Below are positions 12,392-25,904 of a stretch of DNA of 64,000 nucleotides, piece by piece (within the stretch, counting starts at the first letter, position 1; each line of letters opens with the position of its first letter). Both the position numbers and the translations under genes were made by a program. The notes under the pieces are model-generated. The model had not been told where the DNA came from, made no database searches, and saw only the letters and a program-made list of their open reading frames with translations. The stretch comes from Octopus vulgaris (taxonomy: Eukaryota): assembly GCA_951406725.2 (NCBI GenBank), contig OX597838.1:44144001-44208000 (forward strand), written 5' to 3'.

Positions 12392-12475
12392 TACAGTTCT
12401 ATATTTAAGAGATGAGGAATTATGTACATTATTTACGTTATTTACATTTGACAAATGTAAATAATGTGAATAATG
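12392..12475. repeat. Short palindromic remnant of the P1 3' end
   Basis: TACAGTTCTATATTTAAGAGATGAGGAATT..TTACATTTG-A-CAAATGTAAATAATG. Confidence 0.65.
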
Positions 12476-12898
12476 AATGTGCGTGTGTATGTGGAGGGAA
12501 AACGGTAACGTTCGACAGATTCATATGCAAAAAAGAACGAATGTCAAAGGAACATTCACAGAGCATTTTATCATTTTGACACTGGATGGAATTTTCAGAG
12601 GGAAAGTGAAGGTAAAATTATGGGTCTTGGAGCTTAGCGTTTCGTTAGATAGTAGAAGAAAGAGAAAAGAGTGGGAGAGGAGATGGGAACGGATAGCCAG
12701 GCAACAAGTATGAGGCTAGCCGGCAAGGTGGTAAAGTGGAGATGGTGTGAGGAGTGTGGGTAATGCAAGGAAGCAGAGTAGTAGTGTAGGGAAAGAAAAG
12801 GAAGTAAGGTGTAAGAGTCACCGACGAATTAAGAAAATTTACAATCTAAGGTGAATTCAAAGGTGTAATATATATATGTGTATATATATATATATATA

Positions 12899-13128
12899 GT
12901 CCCGAAAGAGATCAAAGAGGAAAAGGATCCCATCAACTTTAAACGGAGTCTGGATAGATTTCTTCAAGGAATACCTGGATACAACTCACTCAACAAGAAC
13001 TCCCTACTCGAATGGACCATAAACAAAACTTGACTTAAACAGGATTTAGATAATCCTATCAGGTGGTCCTATTAAGTAAGAGATGGCCTGGACCAATCTT
13101 TGGTCGAAACATATCCATGTTTTATCTA

Positions 13129-13132
<4 letters not shown>
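12899..13132 (+). mobile_element. LINE 3' end fragment (CR1/L2 group)
   Basis: Translates approximately PKEIKEEKDPINFKRSLDRFLQGIPGYNSLNKNSLLEW followed by a UTR; the FK..LD.FL motif is typical of CR1/L2-group C-termini. Confidence 0.55.
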
Positions 13133-13221
<89 letters not shown>

Positions 13222-13358
13222 GTAGGTAGATAAATAGATATATATGCATTTATACATGCATACACATATATGTGTGTGTATATTATGTATACATATAATA
13301 TAAACAATATATATCAATATATGTATATATATATATACATACATACATGCATACATAC

Positions 13359-13429
<71 letters not shown>

Positions 13430-13914
13430 CACACACAAACTTGTTGCCAGTTCAAATATGCTTGAGGCACATTTGAACCTGTGAGAAAAACATTCATGCT
13501 ATACGTATACTAACACACACACCCGCATACATGCACAGACACATACACACACACATTCTCCTTTATGCTTTGAGTTCTGTTTCCCTCTGTTACTAAACGA
13601 AACCATAACACACACACACACACACAATCACACACACTCAAACGCACACACATACACACACACACACGAGCACACACGCTCAAACGCACACATGCATACA
13701 TGTACATTGTAAGACCTGTTAGTCTTTATCTTTTCAACCGACGTTGCTATTAGTTACGGCGAAGAAAAGAACTCTATGGCTTCATATAGAGATGTAGAAA
13801 AGAGACAGGTGAAACGAGAAATAGAATGCGAGAGAGCGGAGAGGGAGAGGGCGATAGGTGGATATATATAATACATATATCCGTATATGTGTGTGAGTGT
13901 GTGTTGTGTGTGTG

Positions 13915-13961
<47 letters not shown>

Positions 13962-14494
13962 AGAAAATGAGAGAGAGGTCTGTGCGCATGAATGTATGTA
14001 TGCTATTATCAACAATAGCCTAGTTGATCGTAAGTTCCAAGCAGTTAATCAATGTTTCACGCAGTTTTCAAAGTTACAATAACAATACGTGTATTTGTAT
14101 TCGACGACTGCTAAAAGCCCGCCTTTCATTATCTGAGAAATCTTCCATTCTAATTTTATATTCAAAGTCGAGTGCAGAGAGCTTCTAACTTATATAAAAG
14201 CTGCTACATCAGACATTCAGAAAACGGTTTTACTGAAAATTTGAACGTACCGTTCCCCATCCACCCGCCTTTTGTACTGCTCTCACAATACGATTCATTT
14301 TGTAGGGTTTACGTTATTTCTAAATTTTATAGAGTACGATACTTACTGTAGAAACTTGCTTCCAGCTACAACTGCATGATAAGAATATGCAGGTTTTATC
14401 AACATCAACTGATTCGATATATGTTCTCTGTTGAGTTATCCCCACACATGGATCCTCAAACAACGTACAAGAACATTCGGGAGGTCTTCCCATA

Positions 14495-17400
14495 CGACGT
14501 GGGAACCTCAAAAATAGCAGCCTCCAAGAGACTTATAAAGGGGTTCCCAGAAATCCTCCCACTAGAACCGGAGGCCAGACCTTCCGGCCGCCAATTGTTC
14601 GCTCTTTTTCTTCCTCACAGCTCTTTCCGACCAACATGGAATTGATTAGAGTGGACTGAGTAAAGATTCGTGGCCTGGGGTCGTTTTTTCAACGACCTCA
14701 GGTCACTATCTATTGATGTGAGAGCCGTCAGCCAAACCAGGATTTCCTACAAACACGATCTGGCCCCCATTTTCGACGACTTTGAGAACTGCGCAGCTCT
14801 TAGTTGACCTGGAATTGGATGTGGTGTGGCAGTGCTGTTTACAAAAGGACTGGATCTCGAGGTACGGACGCTCTTCCTGGACCCGGAAAAAATGTTAGTG
14901 GTTCTGGATGCGAATAAGTGTGAAGGTGGCCCTTTCAGACTAGTCGCCGTGAACACCCCAACTGGGGAAGGGCAGCCAAATTTCTTCAGACGTTTAGAGT
15001 TTCTCCTTGGGTTATCTCGCTCTTTAGTTCTCGTAGGCGACTGAAATGCTGCTTTGGATGCATAGTTGGATAGGGTGGGGCTAACCGATAGGAGTGCAAA
15101 AGCCTTACAAACCTGCTCAGTCGTTTCCAATTGGCTGACAGGTACCGATTGAATGTCCTGAATGTGCCAATGTGGACATGGTCGAACAGCACATGGTCAA
15201 ACATCATCGTATTTAGAGAGGATATTCTGTAGGCCACGGTAGGATATTCTCTAACATAGGTTGTCAACGTCGTCGGCTACACAGACCATAAATTTGTAAT
15301 ATGCACCTTTGACCTAGATAGGATCCATAGGCAGGAGCCCGGGTAATGGAAGCTGAACGTGTCTTTCCCAGCGCGTCAAGCATTCAGAAACAGAGAGCAA
15401 GTTAGTCCATCGGACGTTGGTAGGCGCAATCGTCAATAACCGTTGGTAGATAGCCCTGAAAAGGGCTATTAGCGTAGAGACAGTAGGATTTAGTCTTAAG
15501 CTATATGAGGTGCTTAGGAGTGGAATTGCGACTGACGTGATGGCGGCGAGACTGACTCTTGATCAATTCTTTAATGCCAAGCACGAAGGTTGCGTTGTGA
15601 GAGCTAGGGCGCGTGCTCTAAGACATGATGGGACGGAAGCCATCCGATGGGCCCTGGCGGCAAAAGTGCAACGTGACAACAAAGCCACAATACGGTCTTT
15701 GACGGTCCTGAACGGGCGTATGCTATACGAATCCAAGCCGATGTGTACGGAATTTCTGCAGTACTTCGCTGAACTGCTCGGGGCTCGCGGTGTGTCGGGG
15801 ATGGAGGTGGATTTTACCCCTTACTTCGACGGCATACCACGCCTTTCGCCCAGGGGTGCGGAGTTCTACTAAATGTCGATAACAGCAGAAGACATACGTG
15901 ATGCAACGACGAGCTGCGCAAGGGAGAAGTCTCTGGGGCTGGATGGTCTACCATTCGACCCGAACAAGGGAGACGAAATAGATAATTGTAGACCCATAAT
16001 TCTGCTGAACGCAGAATATACGATTTTGGCCAAGGTGTTCGCCAAGAGGTTGGCGCTTGTCGATGCGTAGATATGCGCTATCCCGAAAAGATCTATCAAC
16101 AACAACCTCCACCTCACGCGCTACATCATAGAGAGGATAGGAAAGGAATCTGACATGGGTGGGGGTCCTGATCAATTTGGACTAATGAAAGGCTTTTGGA
16201 GGCCGTTCTCGCGGCGGCCGGTTTCGGTCCCGTTTTCAAAGGCTGGGTAGCTGCAATGTACAACGACATCTATTCGGTTCAAAGTAAATGGCCACCTATC
16301 GGAATCGTTTAGCATCGCTTGTTGGAACTGTCAAATATGCTGACTTTCTCCCCTCTTGTATGTGCTGGCTTTCGAACCATTACTAAGGAAATTGAATATT
16401 GAAGGTTCGTGTCGGCTTATGCGGACAACGTCACCGTAATAGTGTCAGGCAGTTCGGAAATCGAGGGGATCAGCACTACCTGAAGGGAGTACGAAGCGCT
16501 GAGAGGAGGAAAAATTAGTGAACACAAGCCGGTTGACCCGCAGCTCATCACCTGGAGAGGCAGGTCATGCCAACCGACAGCAGGGCGCAGGACGGAAGGA
16601 CCAGTTAAATTGCTCAGGGGTCTGGTTTTTGTTCGGAACCCCAGATGGACAAGAACTGCGGGGAGGTGACGAGCAGGGTAGACAATCTCACTCAGAAATG
16701 GGCAGCGACGAAGTTGTCCGTGAAAGGTCGGGCGGCGGTGGCGAATGCGTACATCGCTTCCGTTATCTGCTTGACCGTCATCCCTTGTCTTACTTTGTAG
16801 CTGATGAAGCTGGAGCGCTTACTTTTCTGGTTTCTGTGGAAGGACGTGTTCCGCTCGTCAGACGATCCATCTGCTGTCAACAGCCACTGAATGGAGGACT
16901 GGCAATGCTATGGCTATTGATCCGCAGACACGCACTGAGGCTGCGATATCACCAGTTTTCTTAACGGTAAGGAGGTGTGGTCGTCGTTTGTCACACAGGA
17001 TTTTCCGCAGCTCATCTCAGTAATGAAACTACAGTCCTAGATCAGGCATAGACCAAAAACGGGTTCTTGGCCCCTGGAGTGTTGGTAAGCGCTCACAACT
17101 TTCTTCCAGTCAGACCACGCGGTCAGTGAAAGTTCCACTATGGAGTTCTATAGGGGATTAGTGGAGGGAAAGAGCGACGACGTTCTCAGGGAAACTCTGA
17201 GAGTCGGGAGGGATCGACTAACTTGTCTTCTCCGGAGACTTTCTAGCCAGGACCTATGGCTAACTCATTGACGGTGCTACAATCCTGGATCAGGTGTAGA
17301 CCAAGAGAGGTCGCTTGGCACCTGGAGCTTGGCAAGCGCTTTCTGCGAGTTGAGCCACGCATTCGGTAGAAGTTCCACTACAGGGTTTTATAGGGGATTA

Positions 17401-18314
17401 GTGGAAGGAAAGAGTGACAACGTACCCAGGGAAACTCTGGGCGTTGGGTGAGATCAACTCACTGGTTTCTCCGGAGGACCCTCGAACCAGAGCCTATGAA
17501 TAACTTCCAGAAATACCTGGCCTGGCAGTGCTACCGGGGACCACTGCCAGTTTAAAACAAACTGTACAGACGCGGAAGTGCTGTGAGACGGATCTGTCCG
17601 AGGTGTACGCAGAGCGACGAAATCGCGTAGCGTGCAGTCGTCCAATGGCTGTGCATTACTAACTTGTGGAACTTTGTCGAACAGCTGTTCTCGCGTGTAG
17701 GACGGATCCATTTATCAGCTGAGCCCATCGCGAAGATCGCCCTACTGCTTTCCTTTAGCCCGGAAGGAAAGGCATTTTCCCTCTCTCTGGTAGCTATGGT
17801 GATCAGCACTACCTGAAGGGAGTACGAAGCGCTGAGAGGAGGTAAAATTAGTCAGCACAAGTCGGTGGGCCTGCAGCTGATAAAGGTAAGGAGGAGGTGG
17901 ACGAGATTGAAAGGACTGAAGACAGACACTTTCCTCTTTGGCTAAGCCATCATCGACTTTTTCAAGTTCCACCTGAAAAGTAAAGTGAAAGTAGAGAGGG
18001 CTGTTCTGCCCCTCAGTAAATATGCTGAAATGTGGGTGAATGTGGCTAAGATGGCCCGTTTGAATTTTCGCTTGTAAACCGGAGGGGTTTGAAGAGGAGA
18101 GATGCATCTGACGATCGGGGCAACAAGAATGGGGTTTCTTGGTTATTCTTGTGAGGATCCCTCCTCCTTTTGGTGAATTATATTTTCTAATTGTTTTGCT
18201 AATTATTTTTGTTACTTATTGTATTCACGGCATTTTTCAACACTCCACTTGTCCCTTGTATTGTATCGTCTCTACCTGTTTTGTGTTCGGTCCTTGTGGC
18301 CAAATAAAGAAACT
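14495..18314 (+). mobile_element. Decayed Tx1/L1-clade LINE (APE endonuclease plus RT)
   Basis: ORF2 start near 14636 (MELIRV..IRGL); APE motifs LVAVNTP, LVLVGD.N, TDH; RT motifs KSLGLDGLP, RPIILLNAEYTILAKV, LSPLLYVL, AYADNV; C-terminal CPRC; AATAAA near 18303. Confidence 0.88.
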
Positions 18315-18429
18315 CTTCTTCTTCTTCTTCTTCTTCTTCTTCTTCTTCTTCTTCTTCTTCTTCTTCTTCTTCTTCTTCTTCTTCTTCTTCTTCTTCTTCT
18401 TCTTCTTCTTCTTCTTCTTCTTCTTCTTC
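18315..18429. repeat. (CTT)n microsatellite
   Basis: Direct reading. Confidence 0.98.
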
Positions 18430-19824
18430 CTATCCCAGGTTTTGTTGGGACTCCTGGAGTCTTGCATGCGTTGCAGGCTTGCTATGTACAGCTTACGGTA
18501 CCTTGCTATCCGTTCTTTTCAGCTATCTAATACTTTCCTGATTATTTTGGCCGTGCCAAGGAGGCAAACGTTTTGTAACAGTTCTACTGGGTTCTCTATT
18601 CCAATTTCCTTGCTATTCCTCTTGATGTCTTCCTCTATAGTTTCCAAGAACCCAGTAATAATTGACACTGTATTCACTTTCTTCATTATCCATAGCCGAG
18701 TCATTTTCTACTTAAGATGGTTGTATTCATCTATCCTTTCGCTTTCCTTCTTGACTATTCGTGCGTCAAAGGGGCATCCAACATCGATTATATAGCATAT
18801 GTGGTGCATCTTGTAAGTCCGGTCTGTTATGCTTTAGCACCTGATCTATTTGGATTAGGAAATCCCAGAGGATTTTGCTAGTCTCCATCTCCGCCATTCT
18901 CTGCGGTTTGTGCTCATGCTACATCTTGGCCCTCTCTCTCTCTCTAGCCCCCGCTTTTGGCACAGTTTCCAATGTGGCACTATTGCTACCTGATCACGTC
19001 GCCACAACTTGTAGTGGTTTCGAGAAAGTCTAAGGTAGTCATTTATGATATGGGCAATGGTTTCATCTACCCTATTATAGATGCAGCACAGCGAAGACAC
19101 TTGCTCATTCCAAAGGTTAACCCACCAGTTCGTGGCAAGAGCCTGGTCTTCAGCCAATCTCACCTATTTTTCCAACAACTTCTGTTGTGACTACATGGAA
19201 TTGATTGTGTCGTCCCTTGTTGCGTAATAATTCTTCGTGTCCTTTTTTGTACTTTTTTCTTCGTTTTCCCTTTACCCCTCTTTCAATACTCCCCCGTTCC
19301 TAACTGACACTAGCAAGGTTTCCTTACTTTGGGTTAGGTATCTTATTAAGCTCTCGAGTTCGATACTTACACAATCTTCCGCACTTATCAGTCCTCTTCC
19401 TCCAGTTGCTCTCTTCATGTATAGGCGATCAGTGTCTGCTCGTGGGTGATGGGTTCCATGCATTGTTATGAATTTTCTTGACTGCTTGTCCATCTCCTTT
19501 AGCTCCTCCTCTGTCCACTTCAGGATTCCAGCGCCATACCAAGCTACTGTGACTGCGTGTGAGCTAGTTGCCGAAATCATGTTCCTGGCATTCAGCTTTG
19601 AAGCCAATGTTTTTCTCACTTGCCGCAGGTACCCTCTTTTTGTCTTTTCCTTCATGTCGTGGTGTTTGATTCCATCTGACTCGAGTATTCCCAGGTGTTT
19701 ATAACTGGATTGAGGTTGAATTTCCTTCATCATCTCACCAATTGGCAAACTTATGCTTTCTGTCCTGACAAGCTTTCCTCACCTTATCACTATCGGAGCA
19801 CATTTTGAGAGCCCAAACTCCATC

Positions 19825-19825
<1 letters not shown>
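18430..19825 (-). mobile_element. R4/Dong-clade LINE, second family, 5'-truncated and decayed
   Basis: KMEFGLSKC, YKHLGILE, HHPRADTDRLYMKRATGGRGL, AEDQALATN, ETIAHII, DVGCPFD, LLGTAKIIRKVL; (TAA)n on the 5' side and (GAA)n on the 3' side. Confidence 0.88.
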
Positions 19826-19885
<60 letters not shown>

Positions 19886-19888
<3 letters not shown>

Positions 19889-20345
19889 GGCCGGGTTCCA
19901 ACTCGAGCTGTAGCAACAAAGTCCACCCTCTACACTTCTCGGTCCTATATCCGTGCGTATAGCTCCTAGATACATTCCAGGCCAGTATCTGAAATCACAG
20001 TTAGTGTGGGACGACGTTTCAGTCTTCTTACATCACCGTGAAGTGGTTTCCACCGACTAACATGGATGCTTCCAGTTCAGGGTGTCGGTTGCAGTGACCA
20101 GGTGGCCGCAGATGTCTTCTCGCTAACTTTCGGGAAGTATCCCTTAAGTCTTTCATTTGTCACATGCTGCTTTCCATTTCACATTTAGGACCATTCGTAG
20201 CATCCTTGTGTAGCATCCATTTAGCCCGTTTGATAATTTCTTTGTCAGAGTCCACGTTTCACTGTTATATAACAGTACTGATTCGACAGATGCAGTGAAA
20301 AACAGGATGTTGATTTGCCTGGGCAAATTGAGGTTTATTCCATTA
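19886..20345 (-). mobile_element. RTE-clade LINE 3' fragment with (TAA)n tail
   Basis: Translates FFTASVESVLLYNSETWTLTKKL..GCYTRMLRMVLNVKW..HVTNE; tail at 19826-19885. Confidence 0.8.
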
Positions 20346-20429
20346 AATGGCCTTGTTTCATTTGTCCTTGTTCAGCTTATTAGGTATTCCTTTGTGTAGC
20401 ACAGTGGTTCTCAAACATATTTTGCCTAA

Positions 20430-20852
20430 GGCGCAAGAGTGGCTGTGTGGTAAGTAGCTTGCTTACCAACCACATGGTTCCGGGTTCAGTTCAACTGCGT
20501 AGCACCTTGGGCAAGTGTCTTCTACTATACCATCGGGCTGGCAAAGCCTTGTGAGTGGATTTGGTAGACGGAAACTAAAAGAAACCCGTCGTATATATGT
20601 ATATATTATTTAAGTAGGTGAATGAATTATCTTAGTATTGATAATTCGGTTAACCGATACCTGTAGCAAGCCATAGAAAAGTGTTTGTCCGTCTTGAGGC
20701 TGATTGATTTTCCTTGACTTTCCTGATGAGAAGACGGCATAATGCACCTTATTCCTTCAGAATTAAGAATATGCAGTCTTCGAAACATGTGTTGAACTTA
20801 AAGGAATTGTGTTAAAATCCTCGTTCGACTACATTCTTTTATTCATTTTAAA

Positions 20853-20883
<31 letters not shown>

Positions 20884-21097
20884 GTATATATGTATGTATG
20901 TGTATATGTTTGTGTGTCTTGTTTTGTCCCCCAACATCGCTTGACAACCCATGGTTGTGTGTAACTTAGCGGTTCGGCAAAAGAAACCGATAGAATAAGT
21001 ACTAGGCTTCCAAAGAATAAGTCCTGAAATCGATGTACTCGACTAAAGGCGGTGCTCCAGCATGGCCGCAGTCAAGTGACTGAAACAAATATAAGAG
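20430..21097 (+). mobile_element. SINE family A carrying an internal insertion (20608-20850)
   Basis: Family A head and tail are separated by a hammerhead-containing insert in the central TA tract. Confidence 0.85.
20710..20806 (+). ncRNA. Type-I hammerhead ribozyme-like motif with long stem II
   Basis: TTCCTTGACTTTC-CTGATGA-GAAGACGGCATA...TATGCAGTCTTC-GAAAC-ATGT-GTT-GAACTTAAAGGAA; intact core, 11/12-bp stem II, bulged stem I. Confidence 0.7.
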
Positions 21098-22148
21098 TAT
21101 GGACCCTTTTCATTCCTATTTTAGGTGGGAGGGGCGGGTCCTCATAGCCATTCCATGTCTAAAACCTCCTATGATATTTTTTTGATTAAATACTATTGGG
21201 AATCGTATACAGAAATGTTTAAATGTTTTGTGCATTGTAGAATGATAACCAGTTTATTTCAACAAAATCTTATATGGACCGCGGTGGCGTAGCACTTCAA
21301 CTCTCAGAAGGTCTTAAATTTGGGGGAAGTAATATGTTCCTAGAAACTTACTTCAGCGTATGATCTGGAATGAGATCAGCGGTGAAAGTTTTACCTGCAT
21401 ATTTTCACAGGCATATTCCCAGCAGAACGTTGAGAATGAAATGGAAAACCTCGAAACCTTTAGTATATAAACTTTTATGATGTTCTACTCGTATTTCTAA
21501 AGCCATTAAACATACCACGATTAATGCGTCAGGGAAGTTTTATTCATGGTTGGAAACCGGTTAGAAATCTTTAACAGCAGCGTAACTTGAACGGAATGAA
21601 CAAGCCTTTTGACGCCTGATTTTTTTCAAGGATATTAAAATTATTTTCGCAATACAAAGCGAAATCTTTCTATAGAAAGTCATTGATTTCCTCTCAACAC
21701 CACATTTAACTACATATTTCTGTTTCTCGATAAAAAAAAAAACACCAGTACATTGAGTAACCAATAGCCGGTCACCTATTTTATGATGGCGTATTCACCA
21801 TTAGCTTCCGGTCAATCAGACGTGCAAAAAGTTCTTTTATTACGCTCGTCTATCTTATTGAATCTATCACAATTCCGCGTCTGTATAAAATTTTTAATTC
21901 GTTTTTTTCTTCTTATAGTCTCATAAACTTTTCGTTCTTTAAACAGTTCTCTGGCTCCTCTTAACTTTATCTCATTCACAAGTGATACACATGTCAGATT
22001 CAAAAGCCCTAGCTCATGTCCATATATATGTGTGTGTTTGTGTGTGTGTGTGCGTATACACATATAAACATGCAGACACACACACATATATGTGCATATG
22101 TATTATGTATATATATATAAAAATGTATATATATGTTTATGTATGTGT

Positions 22149-22187
<39 letters not shown>

Positions 22188-22202
22188 ATGTATGCATATA
22201 TA

Positions 22203-22257
<55 letters not shown>

Positions 22258-22296
22258 TACACACATTTATATATATATATATATATACATGTATTC

Positions 22297-22327
<31 letters not shown>

Positions 22328-22343
22328 TATACAAAATGCACAC

Positions 22344-22398
<55 letters not shown>

Positions 22399-23001
22399 CG
22401 ATAATCAAGTATAATTTTGATTTAATCCTATTCGAATATGCCTTTAAAACAGATAGTGTAGATAACGTTATGTCTTACTGCTGGCAAAGCTAGCTCTTTA
22501 CTTTAATAACCTAAAAAAATATCTTCTATCAAATGATATTAAAAAAAAAAAAACAGGGAAAAGAGGAGAATAAGTAAGACACCGAAGTTTGGGGCTATAA
22601 ACCTAAAGTCTTTCAGTAAAATAAAAAGGCAAATATTGTTAAATCTCTCTTTGAAAGTGGGTTCTAATCTTGAAACGGGACAAAAGCCTACTTATAACCA
22701 CGATGCATCACTAAAGAAAACGTAAGAAGTTCTATTGGAAATGTCAGAGGCGGGTCTTTGTGTAGAAAACTCTTTGCTTCGCTATTGTTGTATAATTAGA
22801 TTTTGCTTCAATGCCTTAAGTGAAGAGAGATCGAATATAAAGACAGTTACTGAGTTACATTAGCGATAGTCGTGTGTACCGACGATGGATCTATTGTAAC
22901 GATTAAATTACTTTATTAAATTACCTGAGATATTGCGTGAAGGCACATATTTACATTTGTATGACTCCAGCAACGAACATTTCTGAATGTCTATCTATCT
23001 A

Positions 23002-23100
<99 letters not shown>

Positions 23101-23326
23101 GTCTGTCTGTGTATGCATGGAATAAGCACACAGGACGTGTGTATTATTATACTATTTCCCACCAGAAGTAATCACACACAGAGACACTCGTAAGGGATTC
23201 GCATGTCATTCAATTCTCTGTATGTGTGTGCCTGTGTGTATATACCGGTGCCTGCCTCTGTGCTTCACGCGCTCGTTGCGTATGTGTGTGTATATACATG
23301 GATTTATAAGTATATCTAAATGTCTG

Positions 23327-23358
<32 letters not shown>

Positions 23359-23667
23359 ACTATCTCTACATGCATACATACATCCATCCATACATACATA
23401 TGTGTATGCGTGTGTGCGTATGTGTATGTATGTGTGTGTGTGTGTGTGTGTGTGTTGCATACAATTTACACCGAAGCAGAGTCTCTTCATCGGCTTTCGA
23501 TAAAGGGTCACTATGATTCTGGCCTCTACAGGGCAGTCTCCCACTTTCTATCATTACCGAGTCGCATTGATAGGAGCGATTATGGTGAATGCCCAGGTCA
23601 TTTTAGCACCCTTTTTTTTCATCAGTTCTTTTATTCACACACTAACCTCGCTGATCTATGTGCTCTA

Positions 23668-25147
23668 GTGGGACAAAAGGCCCCTAAGACAAAAACCCCA
23701 CGGACAAAAGCCCCACTGACAAAAGCCCCATAGGACAAAAGCCCTATAGGACAAAAGCCCCATAGCACAAAAGCCCCATAGGACAAAGGCCCCACGGACA
23801 AAAGCCCCACGGACAAAAGCCCCACACAGCTAGAGTGTGAAAGTAGACAAAAGCCCCACATTTTTCGAATATTTTTCGTTTTTTCACCTTTTACTTCTTT
23901 CAGTCATGAGGCTGAGGCCATGCTAGGGCACCGCCCTGAATAAATTTTAATCGAATCTAACGACCCCAGAAGCTTTTTTAAATCATGTCCAACCAGCGCA
24001 TGAAGTTAAGCCTAAAAGGTGTCTCCAATTGCTAGAAATAACAGCCAAATCTCTTGAATTTTTTTTATAAACCTCTCGGTTCTTTTTATTTTCAAAAAGT
24101 AGTTTTACTTGTTCCAGTTATATGACTGCAGCCATGCTGGGGCACCAGCTTAAAGAATTTTTTTCTTTATTACTTTATTCCGGTGGACCCCCAAAGCCAT
24201 TTGATGTTTAAAAACTAGTTTTACAGAATCTTACAAAATTCCTAGTTTGTATTTTGCCCATTAACTTGTGTATGTTGAACTTTGCACAATGCCAGAGAAA
24301 GAAACCCAGCTGTTTCCTGCAATGAATACCAATACATGCATCAAAAGCAAAGTTTGTTGAGGGGCCCTTAAACTATTATCGTGGATCCTCAATTTACTAT
24401 TTTGTTGTGTGGACCCCCAAAATCTTGTATGGACGCTCAGGGGCCACAAAAACCCAGGTTGAGAACCTCTGGTCTAGTCAGTGAAGGGTATTTCGTATTG
24501 TTTCTCTTTTGTTAGAATTCAGACATTGAGTAGAAAAGAGTCTTGTGTTGTTATTCTTTTATTAATGTTAAGATTGATTTATTTTCATTCTCAAACATTA
24601 AAATTATTCTACTGACGAGGAAAATAATTGAAGCTCACAAAAGACAGATGTTTTGACACCGTCCTTCGATTGATAGATATTTTGTTTTACTTTAGAATTG
24701 TAATTTTGGAAAATATTATTGTTTTCTTCACAACCGAAATTTCCGTTTTTGTTTACGTGAAATTATGAAAAGAAAAATTTGTAAGATTTGGCTGTTATTT
24801 AGCAATGATTGAAACAAATAAAAAGATTTTTAGAAAATAAAAAAAAAATGAAGAATAACGAAAAATTACAACCGAGGGCGGTATAAAAATGTATAAGATT
24901 TGGCTTTTATTTCTAGCATGTAGAGAGACCTTCACGCGCTGGCTGAAAATCATAAAAAAATTTCAGGGGTTGATGCATTCGACTAAAAATTCCTCAAGGT
25001 GCCCCAGCATGGTCACAGTCTGAAACAAGTTAAAGGTGAAAAAATGAAAAAAAAAAAATATTCGAAAAATATAACCGTGGGGTTTTTTGTCCACTTTCAC
25101 ACTTTAACTATAGGGCTTTTATCCGAGGGGCTTTTGTCCGGACCCCG
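23668..25147. mobile_element. Foldback/MULE-like element with long TIRs and GGACAAAAGCCCC subterminal arrays
   Basis: About 11 GGACAAAAGCCCC units at 23670-23860; 23825-24081 is reverse complementary to 24872-25120; right end GGGGCTTTTGTCCGGACCC. Confidence 0.75.
24180..24471. mobile_element. hAT-like MITE fragment inside the foldback element
   Basis: Ends GGTTGAGAACCTCTG (hAT-like TIR); GTGGACCCCC repeats. Confidence 0.5.
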
Positions 25148-25698
25148 TTCATATAAACCACCAGTGCTTAATAAGAAAATGCTCTTCAATCCCAAATATG
25201 ATCTTTTCTTCACACACTTCTATCATATTTACGACGAACCCTTTTCCGCTTCCATTGCATTCCTCATCATTTATCTTCTGTTCTCCCAAAGTTCAGACAG
25301 AAAAGAAGTCCTGGAAATAGCAACAAACCAACACCGCTCGGCGCGTTTGCAACAGCCTCTTGCGTTCTTGCTATTTGCTCATTTCTTGTTATTTCCTTCC
25401 GAAGACATTGTCAACTCAACATGCAGAACAATTTTTTCAAGTGAAGCCAAACCATGAAGCTACATTATTGTTTCTTTATTGTAATAGGGGTGGAGAACGA
25501 GCAATATACCCCGAATATTTTCACTTACCAGTTATTGGCACTATTCAGGATTCCCCTACCTCGGTTCCTTTTCTCATTCTCCGAGTAATATTGATCGATA
25601 TTTATGCTCATGAGTCCCTGTACCCTATATACATCTGTATTTGTATGGTTTATACGTTTATATCAGCACTTTATTCCTTAAGTTACAACAAAAGCAGC

Positions 25699-25845
25699 CT
25701 AGTGTTCACGGTAGAGGCCATCGGATGGCACCGTCTGAAAGCAGCTTTCTGTCAGTTCTTTAATCCCGTGCTGATAGCAGTTCATGTCTTTTGAGGCGAA
25801 GAACTTCTGCACTGAAGCTTCCACCTTCTCTGCGTTGTAGTGTCG
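25699..25845 (-). pseudogene. Mariner transposase C-terminal fragment
   Basis: YNAEKVEASVQKFFASKDMNCYQHGIKELTESCFQTVPSDGLY resembles the mariner C-terminus (FF..K...Y..GI..L..RW..G.Y). Confidence 0.6.
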
Positions 25846-25904
25846 CGAGTTTGAGTGAGTTTTTGTTTGAATAAAGTAAATAAGCTACACACAACGCCCC
25901 ATAC

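Larger units (their letters stand above)
20402..21285. mobile_element. hAT-like MITE fragment interrupted by a SINE
   Basis: Begins CAGTGGTTCTCAAAC (hAT/Charlie-like TIR); resumes after the SINE at TATGGACCC (21098); a related body lies at 24180-24470. Confidence 0.5.

Noticed and set aside
23670-23860. GGACAAAAGCCCC array as a CRISPR
   Set aside because: Spacers are only 2-4 nt, the context is eukaryotic, and the array is mirrored at 25080-25147 as a transposon end
24612-24740. CTGACGA..CCGAAA as a hammerhead
   Set aside because: Stems do not close around the core
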